A stretch of 64,000 bases of DNA, taken from Tegillarca granosa. Taxonomy: Eukaryota. Position numbers and translations under genes: made by a program. Below the pieces are notes generated by a model that worked only from the letters and a program-made list of their open reading frames with translations, did no database searches and was not told the origin of the DNA. Positions 51,527-64,000 of this stretch are shown here, in pieces (within the stretch, counting starts at the first letter, position 1; each line of letters starts with the position of its first letter). The DNA is taken from contig CM056605.1 of the NCBI GenBank assembly GCA_029721355.1, forward strand, positions 4,278,108 through 4,342,107. The letters run 5' to 3'.

Positions 51527-51768
51527 ATGTAAGTAACGTATAGTTTTGACAACTTAAGTAACAAAATTCACGTTATACAATGTACTGTAAAAATCGTCTC
51601 TAAAACAGTATCACTCTGGATTGTAACAAAGTCCACTCGGACTGATGATGTTCTTTACGATACCGAAAGTCACTTTTATTTGTAGTTAATGATGTTTTTT
51701 TTATGATATCGGAAATAACAGTTATTTTGTTGCAAATTTGCAAGTTTGAAAAACTTCAATAAAACTCT

Positions 51769-51809
<41 letters not shown>

Positions 51810-51929
51810 TTCTCTTTTTAAATTTTTTTTCCTTAAATTTTTTTTTATTTATTTATTTTAATTGGAAATTCGAATCCGGTTTACAAAGGTGAAAATGTAT
51901 AGGTTTTTTAATATCCAGGCGGTGAAATG

Positions 51930-52080
51930 CGTCCGGTTTTCAGAATCCATAGAAGGGAGTAAATCGGGACAAGCATACACGTCCGGTTTTCCCATGATTC
52001 CGGTTTTCACATGATTCCGGTTTTTTCACATCATTCCGGTTTTCACATCATTCGGTTTTCCTTGGGCCCGGTTTTCACAA
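51930..52080. repeat. Cluster of 8 short direct repeats (c)cggttttc(a)cat(c/g)att, about 17-bp period
   Basis: gtccggttttcagaatcc, gtccggttttcccatgattccggttttcacatgattccggttttttcacatcattccggttttcacatcattcggttttccttgggcccggttttcacaag. Confidence 0.8.
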
Positions 52081-53218
52081 GTTTCACTATATATAAATGC
52101 ATGTAATACCAAGTTAATGTTAAACAAAACATTTTAAGATATTATTGTTAAGGCAACAAAGATTGGAACAAACGATCCCGCAGATTGGTGTTCATAAACG
52201 GAAATGTAACATTAAATATTACGACGGATGTAATGGATGAGAATTTTACATTTGATTATATAACCATTAAGTAGGGTTGTGAGAAATGCCGGTTTATATT
52301 TCAAAATTTATATTTTATTTAAGAAATGACATTCTTTTTGTCAGTGTTCATGCGTTACTGCCAACATCCACATCGTCAAAATAGAATATCCCAACGTCAT
52401 GACGTCAGAAACTTCAGAAAAGTCATCAGCGTTCATAGCAGATAACCACAAAGAAGAGTAAGAATCACAGAAAGAAGGATAATTAGCAATTGTAAATATT
52501 TTTGTATAATGGCAATCGTTACAGCAGTTGCCGATCTTCTTAAGGTTTTCAGACCTTTGCTTGTTACCGTTTTGTTACATTATACTATTTCAATGAAAAA
52601 AAACCATCATTAGAAGTGTATATTAAAATACACAAAAATCACAGCAAGATGTGTTGATTTAATTTTATAAATGTTTAGATCAAAATAAATCCTTAGGGCT
52701 ATAGATTTTCTCGTGTTACATAAACTTTGTCAGAACAGAAATGCTTAAAATAGAGAAAAATACGCCTCGGGGTATGTCTACTTTTAGTACAATAGGTATA
52801 TAAATGTGCGTGAAAACAAGTGGTGATTTAGATAGCACAAGAGGCCTTCGGCCAAAAGCGTTTTTCTAATTTGAATTATCTCATGACTATCGATCGTTTT
52901 AAGTACAGTATAAACAGTTTACAATTTATCGGATTTAATCTATTTCTTTCCTTTTTTTTTTTCATTTTACTTTATGCATGAAAACAAAACAGAAGTAAAA
53001 CTAGTTAACCATCCAGAGGTCTTTGCGCCTGGCTTCCATAGTATTATTCAACAATCTTACAAAATTAGGAAAAATTCACGAGTAAACATGAAAGTACCAA
53101 ATAAAACGAAAGGAAGTTTGGAAAACCGGTTATACCATTTATCATAATTTTTGGATCCGAACATAATTGTCAAACAAAACACACGAAAACACGTTGTAAC
53201 ATGGGCATACGAGGGCTG

Positions 53219-54503
53219 TTCGATATGTAATGTGTATTGTACGATTTCTCAAAAACATTCAACTCAAATAGTGAAATAAACATTATATCCCTCGCGGTTA
53301 GGAGTACATAATTTCAACCTCTGAATCAATTTCTGAAATGCTTGACGGTACGCTGATTTAGGTAGACCCCTGAGGCACTGACTGGTCGGTGAGCCAAGGG
53401 CTTGTCGGATATTGTAACTGACGACCAGATGAGCATTTTTAAAGTTTTGGAAATAGCAAAAAAGTCGCATGGGGCTTATTCTGGAGAATATGGTAGATGT
53501 GGCAAGACGGTAACCTTTTCCGACTTAAAAATTGCTTCACAAACTCAGATGTATGTGATGGAGCATTATCATGAAGTAGACGAACATGCCTAAATCCTGA
53601 CATAGGGCGTCGTTTAAGATACCGGTAATATTTCTTGAGTTTTTTATTATAACATCTCGATTATACCGACATGTAACATTTTCGCCCTTCAGCACCGGAA
53701 GTTGTAGGGCTATACAAGAAGAAGAATACGCAATGAAGGACCTTCTTTGTCCTTATGCTTCTCTGGGCAACTACAGGCCTTCTAACGTGTTTAGTTAACC
53801 ATATTTCGTTTCCAATTTTTCTTACTGGTTCGAAATAGTTAACCACGTTACGTCACCAGTAACAGTGTTTGCAAATTTTTGGGAAACATTTTGAGCAAGT
53901 GTTTTGCGATTTGTACTCATCGGTTATTGTATATTGTATCATTTGTATTGGTCATCTGTCAATATATGCGGTATTCATCTGGCAGAAAACTTTCATACTT
54001 TCAAAATACGCTTCAAAATGAAATGCACCCGCGATAGCGATATGCCAATAGCTTTGACAATATCACTAATCTGTCATCACTTTCAATTATTTCCCCGATT
54101 TTTGAGATATTTGCCTTGCCTGTTACAGTCACAGGTCAGCTAGATTTTGCTGCATCTTTGACGGACTTTGTGTCATTCAAAAAATTTCTTCACCTACGAA
54201 CTGTTTCATAAGATACTTTATCACACTATACATTCCCTAATTTAGTTATAACATGATCTGTATTACCGAATGACCAAATTTGTGCAAACTTTTATATAAG
54301 CTCTATTTTTTCAATATTTTCAATCCGTTTCTCTACCATTTTTACAACAGTGGTCAACGACTGGTTTTATTGAAATGGCTATAATTTTAAAACTATATGT
54401 AGCTAAAGACACGTGTTATTGTCGAAAAGATATTGAATAGAGGTATTCAAGCGATAATCATCAATGAAATCGTGCAAAGCGTTATCGCGCTGTGGTTCAC
54501 ATA
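53219..54503 (-). pseudogene. Mariner-like element (Tc1/mariner superfamily) with a degenerate transposase. It is about 1.29 kb and the ends are approximate
   Basis: Minus-strand fragments: ISKIGEIIESDDRLVILSKLLAYRYRGCI (HTH region, about 53960-54050); HVRRPVVAQRSIRTKKVLHCVFFFLYSPTTSGAEG, which resembles mariner LLHDNARPHTA...PHPPYSPDLAPSD; and AFQKLIQRLKLCTPNREGYNVY, which resembles the C-terminal KLVDRWDKCI..GDYVE. The ORF is broken into at least 3 frames. The termini ttcgatatgt (53219) and acatatcgaa (54494) are inverted. Confidence 0.65.
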
Positions 54504-55794
54504 TCGAATAGTCCACGTAACTGTTTTACAAAGCCTCAATTTTTATGGTACTAATCCATGTGTAAACGTACAGACAACAATTTTCCAGTATAAACCACAC
54601 CACTTTTAGAAGACATTTTTATGCAACATTGCTTCCCATTTTGTTTGATGTGGTATATAATTTGTCTTTTAGTTTAGTTGATTATTTATGGGCTTTAAGC
54701 AAATGCCTGTAGTAATGCTTTTCTCTGTCAAACACATCTGTTTGATATTAACAAGTAGTTCGAGTATGATAATAACGATTTAACGCAGGCCGATATTGGA
54801 AAAATAATTTTAGCATGGTATTTGACCAGACAAAATATCGAGCAGTTTATGGCAGAAAATAAAAAAAGCGAAGAATAATGCTATTCGTATTCGAATTTCT
54901 GATTAATTAGCCCATGAAAATAGCCAGAACTTCCTCTTTTATTATTATAGCAGCATCGCGTTTAAAATTTTCTACCAGCAAAAGAAAAAAAATCGCGTGT
55001 TCAAAGTTTCTACCTAAAAGGAAATTAAATAGAATATCTTGGCATTGGCGGGTATTATGTAGTGAGACAAAGACATGCAAACAAGCAATAACTTGTATAG
55101 AATGTGTAAAATCTTTCCTTCGTGACTTCATTTAATTATCGCCAGCAATTTGATAGCATTTTTGACTGAGCCGAAATCTCTATAAAGAGTAGCCAGCTAG
55201 AAGAAACAGTTATATTTAAAACAATACATAGTTATAGAAATTTTCGAGAATGTATGCCAACTAGAATTTTCAAACAAATTGCATCTAATCCGTCATTATT
55301 ATTATGTTGAATATCAAATTACTAATCAGGAATTATCGACTTTTGATGACTAATCCTTGTCCTGTAAAATTCTGGAAATAGTGCGACAAATTTTAGAATC
55401 CACATTGAGAAAATTCTCCTAATTGCCAAAATAACTTAATCCATGTAAACTTGTTGATTTTGAAAAAAAGTTTATAACTGTTCGTTGATCATGCTTGTAA
55501 CAAAGAGAAAGTCATAATAAAACATTATACAAGTAATTACATTTTCTGTCTCATAATTAACTTTGCACATTTACACAAGTATAGTTTGCTAGTTAATAAA
55601 GAAAAATAAAACGTTATCAGTTTCAGATTTGAGCTAGGCTGATTTAGATTTTTGTTTAATTCTTTTATCATGAAGGAAGAAGGTATTAAGGATTTATTGT
55701 ATTAACGTATAAATTAATGATTCGGAATTCAAACACACTGCCATTTCAAAACTAAATAAATGATAATATCCTGTGTGATTTTGAAAGTTGCGAA

Positions 55795-55985
55795 GCGATG
55801 TCAAGAGCCACAACAAAAATACGACCGGAACACAAGTAACTATGATAACAGATTACTTTTATAGTACAAACTGAACCATGACAAGAGCCACAACAAATAC
55901 ACGACTGGAAAAATAACAAAATGACAAATATTGTACTTGTGTACACAACCTGAACAATGACAAGAGCCACAACAAGCACACGACT
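55795..55985. repeat. About 65-bp unit ×3 (gacaagagccacaacaaatacacgactggaa...)
   Basis: The atgacaagagccacaacaa(a/g)(t/c)acacgac(t/c)gga(a) core appears at about 55797, 55878 and 55947. Confidence 0.7.
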
Positions 55986-56669
55986 GAAACCCTCTTAAAT
56001 GTAACTATGATGACAAACATTATATGTAATCAATAGACTTTTAGTGTATCTTCTACACTGTCTTCTCTTCAGGTAAACCTCCAAGTTATTGGAACCATAC
56101 TTAAAATGAGGAATGAGCTACAGATGATCAGGGAAAGAAAAGATAAGATTTACAGTAAGTAATAAAGGTGGATATACGAACACATGCATTAAAATATAAA
56201 ATTAGATTGGGTAAACATGCGTTTACAAAGTGTGAAGAATTTTAGAGATAGGAACTTTACCGATTTACAATATAATTAAAAGAGGCGCAGATAACGTCTT
56301 AGTTCGTTTGATTGTCAACGATTAATTAAAAGAATAGACATTGAAGAAATTTTTCTTCTCTCCCCAGCAAAGAGCATTTTACTTATATTACTAAAAGAGT
56401 TAAGCAAACCAGAGTACACCATATCTAGTGAATTGCGCTTTTATTTTCCATAGACAATTTGACTGTTTAATGAAAAATGTCTTTTTACTGGAGTTAATAT
56501 CTTCAATACTCCGCTATGTGAAACCAACGCAAATAAAACACAAAGTAAGAAAACAGAACAATTAAATGTTGTTGTAAGTTTCTATTGATTATGCTCAAAT
56601 TGAAAAAAAAAAAAAAAACAAAAGAAATAAGACACGTGTACCAAACATAATATCAAAATAACAAATTGA

Positions 56670-58656
56670 TGTGTTTTGTTGTGGTGGGATCAAGTAACTT
56701 TTTGAAGACATACTAGTATAAAGAAAATGGTGTTCATTGTGGTGGTAACATTATGTAACTTTTGGAATCAGACATTATCAGACAAAATGGTGTTCAGTGA
56801 AGTGGCTAGATCACGTAACTTTGTATGGGTATCAGACATAATCAGACAAAAAGGTGTACATTGTGTTGGCTAGATCGTGTAACTTTGTATAGGTATCAGA
56901 CATAATCAGATAAAATGGTGTTCATTGTGGTGGTTGGATCATGTAACTTTGTATGGGTAACAAACATAGTCAGATAAAATGGTGTTCATTGTGGTGGTTG
57001 GATCATGTAACTTTGTATGGGTATCAAACATAATCAGATAAAATGGTGTTCATTGTGGTGGTTGGATCGTGTAACTTTGTATGGGTATCAAACATAATCA
57101 GATAAAATGGTGTTCATTGTGGTGGTTGGATCGTGTAACTTTGTATGGGTATCAAACATAATCAGATAAAATGGTGTTCATTGTGGTGGTTGGATCGTGT
57201 AACTTTGTATGGGTATCAAACATAATCAGATAAAATGGTGTTCATTGTGGTGGTAAGTTCATGTAACTTTGTATTGTTATCAGACATAATCAGACAAAAT
57301 GGTGTTCATTGTGGTGGCTAGATCATGTAACTTTGTATGGGTATCAGACATAATCAGACAAAATGGTGTTCATTGTGGTGGCTAGATCATGTAACTTTGT
57401 ATGGGTATCAGACATAATCAGACAAAATGGTGTTCATTGTGGTGGCTAGATCATGTAACTTTGTATGGGTATCAGACATAATCAGACAAAATGGTGTTCA
57501 TTGTGGTGGTAAGATCATGTAACTTTGTATGGGTATCAGACATAAGCAGACAAAATGCTGTTCATTGTGGTGGCTAGATCATGTAACTTTGTATGGGTAT
57601 CAGACATAATCAGACAAAATGGTGTTCATTGTGGTGGCTAGATCATGTAACTTTGTATGGGTATCAGACATAAGCAGACAAAATGGTGTTCATTGTGGTG
57701 GCTAGATCATTTAACTTTGTATAGGTATCAGACATAATAAAACACAATAGTATTTGTTGTGGTGGCTAGACGATGTAACTTTGTATGGGTATCAGACATA
57801 ATCAGATAAAATGGTGTTCATTGTGGTGGCCAGATCATGTAACTTTGTATGGGTATCAGTCATAATCAGACAAAATGGTGTTCATTGTGGTGGTTAAATT
57901 ATGTAACTTTGTATTGGTATCAGACATAAGCAGATAAAATGGTGTTCATTGTGGTGGTTAGATCATGTATGGGTATCAAACATAATCAGATAAAATGGTG
58001 TTCATTGTGGTGGTAAGTTCATGTAACTTTGTATTGGTATCAGACATAATCAGACAAAATGGTGTTCATTGTGGTGGCTAGATCATGTAACTTTGTATGG
58101 GTATCAGACATAATTAGACAAAATGGTGTTCATTGTGGTGGCTAGATCATGTAAATTTGTATGGGTATCAGACATAATCAGACACAATAGTGTTCATTTT
58201 GGTGGCTAGATCATGTAACTTTGTATGGGTATCAGACATAAGCAGACACGATAGTGTTCATTGTGGTGGCTAGATCATGTAACTTTGTATGGGTATCAGA
58301 CTTAATCAGACAAAATGGTGTTCATTGTGGTGGCTAGACGATGTAACTTTGTATGGGTATCAGACATAATCAGATAAAATGGTATTCATTGTGGTGGCCA
58401 GATCATGTAACTTTGTATGGGTATCAGACATAATAAGACAAAATTGTGTTCATTGTGGTGGTTAAATTATGTAACTTTGTATTGGTATCAGACATAAGCA
58501 GATAAAATGGTGTTCATTGTGGTGGTTAGATCATGTATGGGTATCAGTCATAATCAGACAAAATGCTGTTCATTGTGGTGGTTAGATCATGTAACTTTGT
58601 ATGGGTATCAGACATAATCAGACACAATAGTGTTCATTGTGGTGGTTGGATCATGT
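56670..58656. repeat. 64-bp tandem satellite, about 31 copies
   Basis: Unit ggtatcagacataatcagacaaaatggtgttcattgtggtggctagatcatgtaactttgtatg. The period of 64 was verified (57301 to 57365). Confidence 0.95.
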
Positions 58657-61499
58657 ACTACTGGAACAAAAGCAACAAACATATAAATTTACAATATGCA
58701 TCAATAAAACAACTATTAGAGCTCTAATGTCCTAAATGCAGAAAATATAAAACATGGATACCGGATTATTCCTTTTGTTTTTTACTTCAAACCTTTAGAT
58801 TGAAATACTCGTTTATTGACAATCAATTATTAAAACAAAAAATACTGTGATATAAAATATAGTTATTTGTAATATCCAGGAGCCAACTTTATTGTCATTT
58901 GTAATGTTTCCTGGAAAATGATTATTGGAATTTCAAAAGCTGAACCAATCCTTTGAGTAATTGTTATTTTCTCCAATTACATGCCAAGTCTGAAGATACT
59001 ATTAAGTAGAAAAGACACAGCACTGGTTGATAGCTTATCCGTTTATTTATTTTTTAGTTATTATTTTATTATTTATTTATTTATTTTTATTTATTTATTT
59101 TTTATTTTTTTGCTGAATGTAAATTAAGTCTTTTCTTTTATATATCCAGTTTTGCTGATTGTATATGTTTTATTTCTATATCAAAAACACAAATTACAAC
59201 CCATTTTATTCCATCTACAATTATAGAAGCTTGGTATAACTGAATAAGGAAAAAGTATCTGATTGTGTCACAGAAACTCAGATAAAATTTTGAGTTAACA
59301 CAGAATACATGCATGGTTTAGGTTATATGCCTTTTAGGCTTTTTAAATCAAAGAAAGCAGATGGCACAATGGGCTTTTCTGTTCTTGCTGCCCCAAAGCA
59401 CCTTATGTATTACATTAAACATTTTAGGTGATTTTGTTCCGGACCCTTTTACATGTAGAATTTTATGAATCAGGCAGACGACTGTATTTCCATTGACGTA
59501 AATAAATTACTTAAACAAATAGTAACTGTAGGCGGATAATTAAAAAAAAGATTTTTTTTAAATTAATATTTATGAGTGTTTTCACACTTCAGTTTGCAGG
59601 TTACATTTAGGACCAAGATAACCAAAGCACTTTGACTTCCTTATTTTTTTATTCTCTACAACCTATCTTATTTCTTGATTGTGTATAGTTAGGTTATTGC
59701 AGTAGGTCTTGTATGCCGTCGACAAGTAAATTTTCATATTGCAAAACAAATATATTTACAAGTTTTATCATTAAAACAAGATTATTTGTCTGTTTATTGT
59801 ACATTGGTATACTTTGTATAAGACATCTTAGTCTACAAATCATGGGTGCCTGTTGGTACTTGATGATGGAAAAGTATCCTTATCAAAACCATATATAAGT
59901 TGTAAATTTAATTAACAATATGATGATGATTTGTGTAAGACATTTTTGTCATAAAAATAGAATTTAAAGCAAAAAAAAAAAAAAGCTTTATAATTTTGAA
60001 AGCAAAAATCAGGTCATTCCAAAAGTTTTCTCCATAATATATTAATTTTAAATTCTTACGACTTGGCTTTTGGCTTGAAGTTTTTGTTACCTTTAGATGA
60101 CGCCATTTTGCATATTGTATAAAAGTTTATTTTTTATTAAAGTCCTGTAAGCTACCTCAAAAATTCAGTTCTCTATGAAATGGATTAAAACTTCTATATT
60201 TCCTCAAATATGATTGAAACCATACTTAGCAGTATGTTAACTTTTTGGATGACAGAAACTGGAAAGGAAGCATATTGGTTATTTTAGACTGTGTATTGAG
60301 CATATTCAGTCTTTTCTTAGTAAACATGAAATAGAAATTTGTAGGTGTAATAATATATACCTGACAATACACAACAAACAAACAAACAAGAAGTACAATA
60401 TTTAACAGGTAGTGTCTGCTGAAAATAAAATCCCTGACTTTGTACAGCCACCGTTCATAATTACATAAGGGTGTCCACTTTTGTGCTTTTTAAGATTTTA
60501 AGTACTAGTGCTTTTGTAGTATCCTTTACATATGGCTTATTTTACAACCATTTGTCTGCAAATATTTTCATTTTGTAAAAAACAGATACTCTTATTACTT
60601 ATTAGATGATCACGTGCTTAATACTAAAAAAATATTATTTGTAGAAAAATCAGATGCAAAGGTATTTGTGACTGTTGGTGAAGAATAGCAGTCTTTCTCT
60701 AACATTCCCACCAAGAACAACACAAGAACCCCATGGTAACTACAAAGTTACTGTTATATTTCCTGATTCCATGAAGAAAGTAGGAAGAAGACATGCAAGG
60801 AAATAATTCTATTAATTTATACTAGGAACAAATCAAATCGGAAGTGTGTTTAAAAATTTAAAATTCTATCCATCAAATTGTTATTGCCAGAAGGACACCC
60901 TACATGTATGTTTGTTCTTCAACATCAACCTTTTTTTTTTCTTCTCTTTTTTTACTACAAATAAATCTAACCCTGCATCTGCATCTGAGTTAAGTGCTTT
61001 TTTGTCTCCTTGAGATTGATATTAAAACTATAAATTTTGAACATAAAGCTATCATCTCCTTGGCAACGATAAATATTTAAACAACCAAGAACACTTAGTT
61101 GTAATTTCCTTTTTTCAGTTCTTGGTAAATATTTGTAAAATTCCTCTTAATCAGTGGGTAAGAGGAAATACTTCCCAAGTTATTATCAATTATTTGTAAA
61201 CTGACTGGTCTCTAACATTGCATGTACAAGCCTTAGGATAGGTAACAATAAATATACATGTATATTGATTCACTTGAAATTTTATCATAAATAAAAAATT
61301 CACAAAATTCTACTATTGATCTGGTTCAAAGGTATTTGTAAATGTTGGTGAAGAATAGCAGTCTTTTTCTAACATTCCCACAAAGAACAACACAAGAACC
61401 CCATCCATTCACTTAAAATTTTATCATAAATAAAAAATTCACAAAATTCTAGTATTGATCTGGTTCAAATCCCTATGGTAGCTCTATTAAAAATACAGT

Positions 61500-62110
61500 T
61501 CATTCTTGTGATATAAGTTTGTCTATTGGCATTTGACCCAATCTTGGAAGGTATCTACTTTCACTATTAACATTTAATCTCTGCTGTACTTTAATGAGAT
61601 CAGTTAATTCATTTATTGTGATTTTAATCCACTTTTTTTGACATTGATTGGTGTATCTGCAATGGTATGCAATAAGTATGGTAATGTCAGTACTTAAAAG
61701 GTACTGTGTTAGAAATAGGTTCAATGTCTGCAATGTTTGCAATAAGTGATCACGATCATAATCACACATCCTTTAACTCTTTTGGGTTGTAAGGGTACTG
61801 CATTCATGAATGATGTACCAGAGTTTTCCATTTTTTGCAGTTGTGGGCAAGGGCATGGGTCTCTGCAAAGTTTTTCCCTGTCCGTTCTGCAATGTTGTCT
61901 GCCACTTCTTCATCTGTTTGCCACATCTCTTCTTTCCATAAGCAGTCTTTTGGAGGATAGTCTTTAATATTCCACCAACTTGTGTTACATGTCCATATCG
62001 TTTCATCTTTCTCTTCTCCACTGTGGCCAGGAGGAGGTCTAAGTATAGTGATGTCAATATTTAAAAGATACTGTGTAAGAGTAGGTCCAAAGTCAGCAAA
62101 TTTTCAATAA
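61500..62110 (-). mobile_element. Possible non-LTR retrotransposon (LINE ORF2 C-terminal tail-like) fragment, locally duplicated
   Basis: The minus-strand peptide …RPPPGHSGEEKDETIWTCNTSWWNIKDYPPKDCLWKEEMWQTD… / GKKRCGKQMKKWQ.. loosely resembles the G(R)P(K)K.W…DR..W tail of RTE/L2 ORF2. A roughly 50-bp segment (aatgtcagtacttaaaaggtactgtgttagaaataggttcaatgtctgcaa) recurs about 380 bp apart (61660 and 62040). Confidence 0.3.
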
Positions 62111-63083
62111 AGACACATACACCGTGTTTTATAACAAAATAACAAATTTATTATCTTCAATTATAAATAATATTTTGAACAAAAAAGTTATAATACTGAT
62201 GTGAACTGTCTAGCTTCTGTATAAAAGAAGATTGCCCCAATTCACACATTTCAGATTTCAATTTAGATTGTAATCAGTTCTTGTTAAGATACAAATGTTG
62301 TTGCTTAAAAAAATAAATAAAGTAAATTTGTAAATATCACTCACTTCTTGCATACATTATCACAGATATACACCACAACATGCTTATATGAACTTTTACC
62401 CCTTTTCCACAAATTGTTTTTTAAAAAAAATCAAAACATACACACATCTGTTAACATTATTATATCTTTTTAAAATTTCTTCAATGAGTTCTTAATAAAT
62501 TAGAACTTGCGTATCACTGGATGTTACATTTTTTACCTTGAAGGTAATACAAAGTTAGAAACATTAAACATGAATTTACTCTTAAGAAAGTAGACTTAAA
62601 CCTTAAATAAGATATTCTGAAAAATAAAGCCAAGAAAAATAGGAGGATTACACTAGTCTTTAATCCATTTTAATAAAAAAAATAATCTTCTTAAAATAAA
62701 AAATTGGATTGGTAGACCTATCATTATAAAACAAGTACTAAGGTTATCTACTTCAAAAGCAATTACCGGTAAATATATAGATTTTTACAGTTGAGCAGGC
62801 TAAATAATTGATAAGAGAAAACAACATGAAAGATATTTATATGTGTATGTATATCCATGTCTTATATCCGTTAAGTAGGTCATGTTTGTTTATATTTATA
62901 GCCACCAGAATGTACTGGCAGGATATCCAAAAACTATGTCAAAACATGTCTGGAATAAAAACATGACCTAAATATTGACCCTTTTGTGTATTTGTATGTG
63001 TAAGATGCTATGGTTTTGTTGATGTGTTGTGTGCATGATATACATGTGCAGTTTACTCTCATGTGTATTGGTGTGCATAGTTG

Positions 63084-63140
63084 CAAGAGTGTGTGTGTGT
63101 GTGTGTGTGTGGACTATATATAGATGTATGTATGTATGTA
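63084..63140. repeat. (GT)n followed by (GTAT)n microsatellite
   Basis: gtgtgtgtgtgtgtgtgtgtgtggactatatatagatgtatgtatgtatgtacatatatgta. Confidence 0.85.
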
Positions 63141-64000
63141 CATATATGTATAATGTATAACTTATATGGTACCTTTATGCTGTTATAAATACTTTATAAG
63201 TCATATAGATCATTATACATACATGTATGAGTAACTCAAATCTTTCATGCTAATCATAGCTAATCAATAATTTTGCTTTTATTAGACTTTATAACCTTAT
63301 TAAATGAACAACTGATATTAATCAAGTATTATTCCAAGGTCCCACGATACTAATATAAATTGAAGTAATATTCTGCATACAGTCACGTAAGTCAAGGTTA
63401 CAGTAAATCAAAAATTACTGGTATTATAATTACATGCATGTAATAACGTAATCATGTTATGTCATTTAAGTATCTTATAAAATGTGGGCCTGGTTGTATA
63501 ATATAAGTACTCCTAACTTGTTATACTCACTCACAGTAATCTGTCAGGTGGGGATTTTTGGACTATAAAAAACTTTCGGAGGAAAGAACTCGAGACAAAC
63601 TAATCCTAAAAAATATTTTAACAAAAACAGACTACTTATTGAATAAAGGTTTTTTAAAGAAAAAATGTCTCCAGTGGTTTTGACATTTGACAGATGACAC
63701 TTGACCAATAATTGTATCACTTGACCTAATATGATTTAACATCATCACAACATAAAGAAGGGAACCACTGGGCATTAGAATAATTATTGTAGTTCTCAAC
63801 CAAGACAAAAATAAGGAAAACATATTATCACAAAGAAGTTGATCTTGATGTCCAGACTATTGTTCTTATCAATATTACACTAGAATGATAACACTAAAAC
63901 TTGTCATAACTAATAAATATATACACTGGTGTATTTACACATTGTATATGGTAGTCGATGTAGTAAGTAGACACAAACCTTGAGGATATATTTATCTCTG

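Overview
This window is eukaryotic nuclear DNA, AT-rich with GT-AG introns, and is not prokaryotic. No operon, CRISPR array or defence-island-like system is present. It looks like a repeat-rich invertebrate genome, possibly a mollusc; that guess is weak and not testable from the sequence alone.

Four protein-coding loci are supported.

(1) A partial gene of unknown identity lies on the minus strand, with coding exons at 3946..4062 and 3228..3284 and clean splice signals. It may continue past the left edge of the window.

(2) A 7-exon gene on the plus strand (7439..17036) encodes a ~356-aa Sel1-repeat protein. My recollection of human LRP2-binding protein matches it exon by exon, including the motif [13 protein letters not shown] and the C-terminal CLPxxIxxGxAMxxFYxARCLQxGxG..KHYYSK.

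(3) A 5-exon gene on the minus strand (45842 down to 29014, ~484 aa) encodes a flavin-dependent polyamine oxidase of the PAOX/SMOX family. Evidence is the GxGxxG FAD fold, ELGANWIHG, TRGSYS and FAGEATH motifs. It is convergent, tail to tail, with the LRP2BP-like gene.

(4) A possible first coding exon at 51124..51526 on the plus strand encodes a basic, low-complexity peptide with an RVxF-like KKVSF motif.

The rest of the window is dominated by tandem and interspersed repeats, listed individually below:
- Satellites with periods of 158, 44, 35, 40, 91, ~120, 35 and 64 bp, plus a 176-bp duplication. The 35-bp family upstream of PAOX has a 139-bp higher-order unit.
- Long (GA)n, (CA)n, (TG)n(TA)n and (ATT)n microsatellites.
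- A ~600-bp SINE-like family with a tRNA-3'-half-like motif, present three times near the left end.
- Two tandem tRNA-like pseudo-elements in PAOX intron 1.
- Three non-autonomous DNA transposons with clean TIRs. One is TTAA-flanked, 2.1 kb, in LRP2BP intron 6. One is 852 bp with a 15-bp perfect TIR and AACCAG flanks, in PAOX intron 3. Two are small MITEs sharing a GTTTCACAAT terminus, one inserted into the 40-bp satellite.
- A degenerate mariner-like transposase pseudogene.
- A duplicated LINE ORF2-tail-like fragment.

PAOX intron 4 (7.4 kb) is more than 60% tandem repeat. PAOX exon 4 is bracketed by two long (GA)n tracts, which read as (TC)n polypyrimidine on the gene strand.

The printed sequence and the ORF track disagree by 1 nt near 43800, so coordinates of PAOX exon 2 may be off by one.
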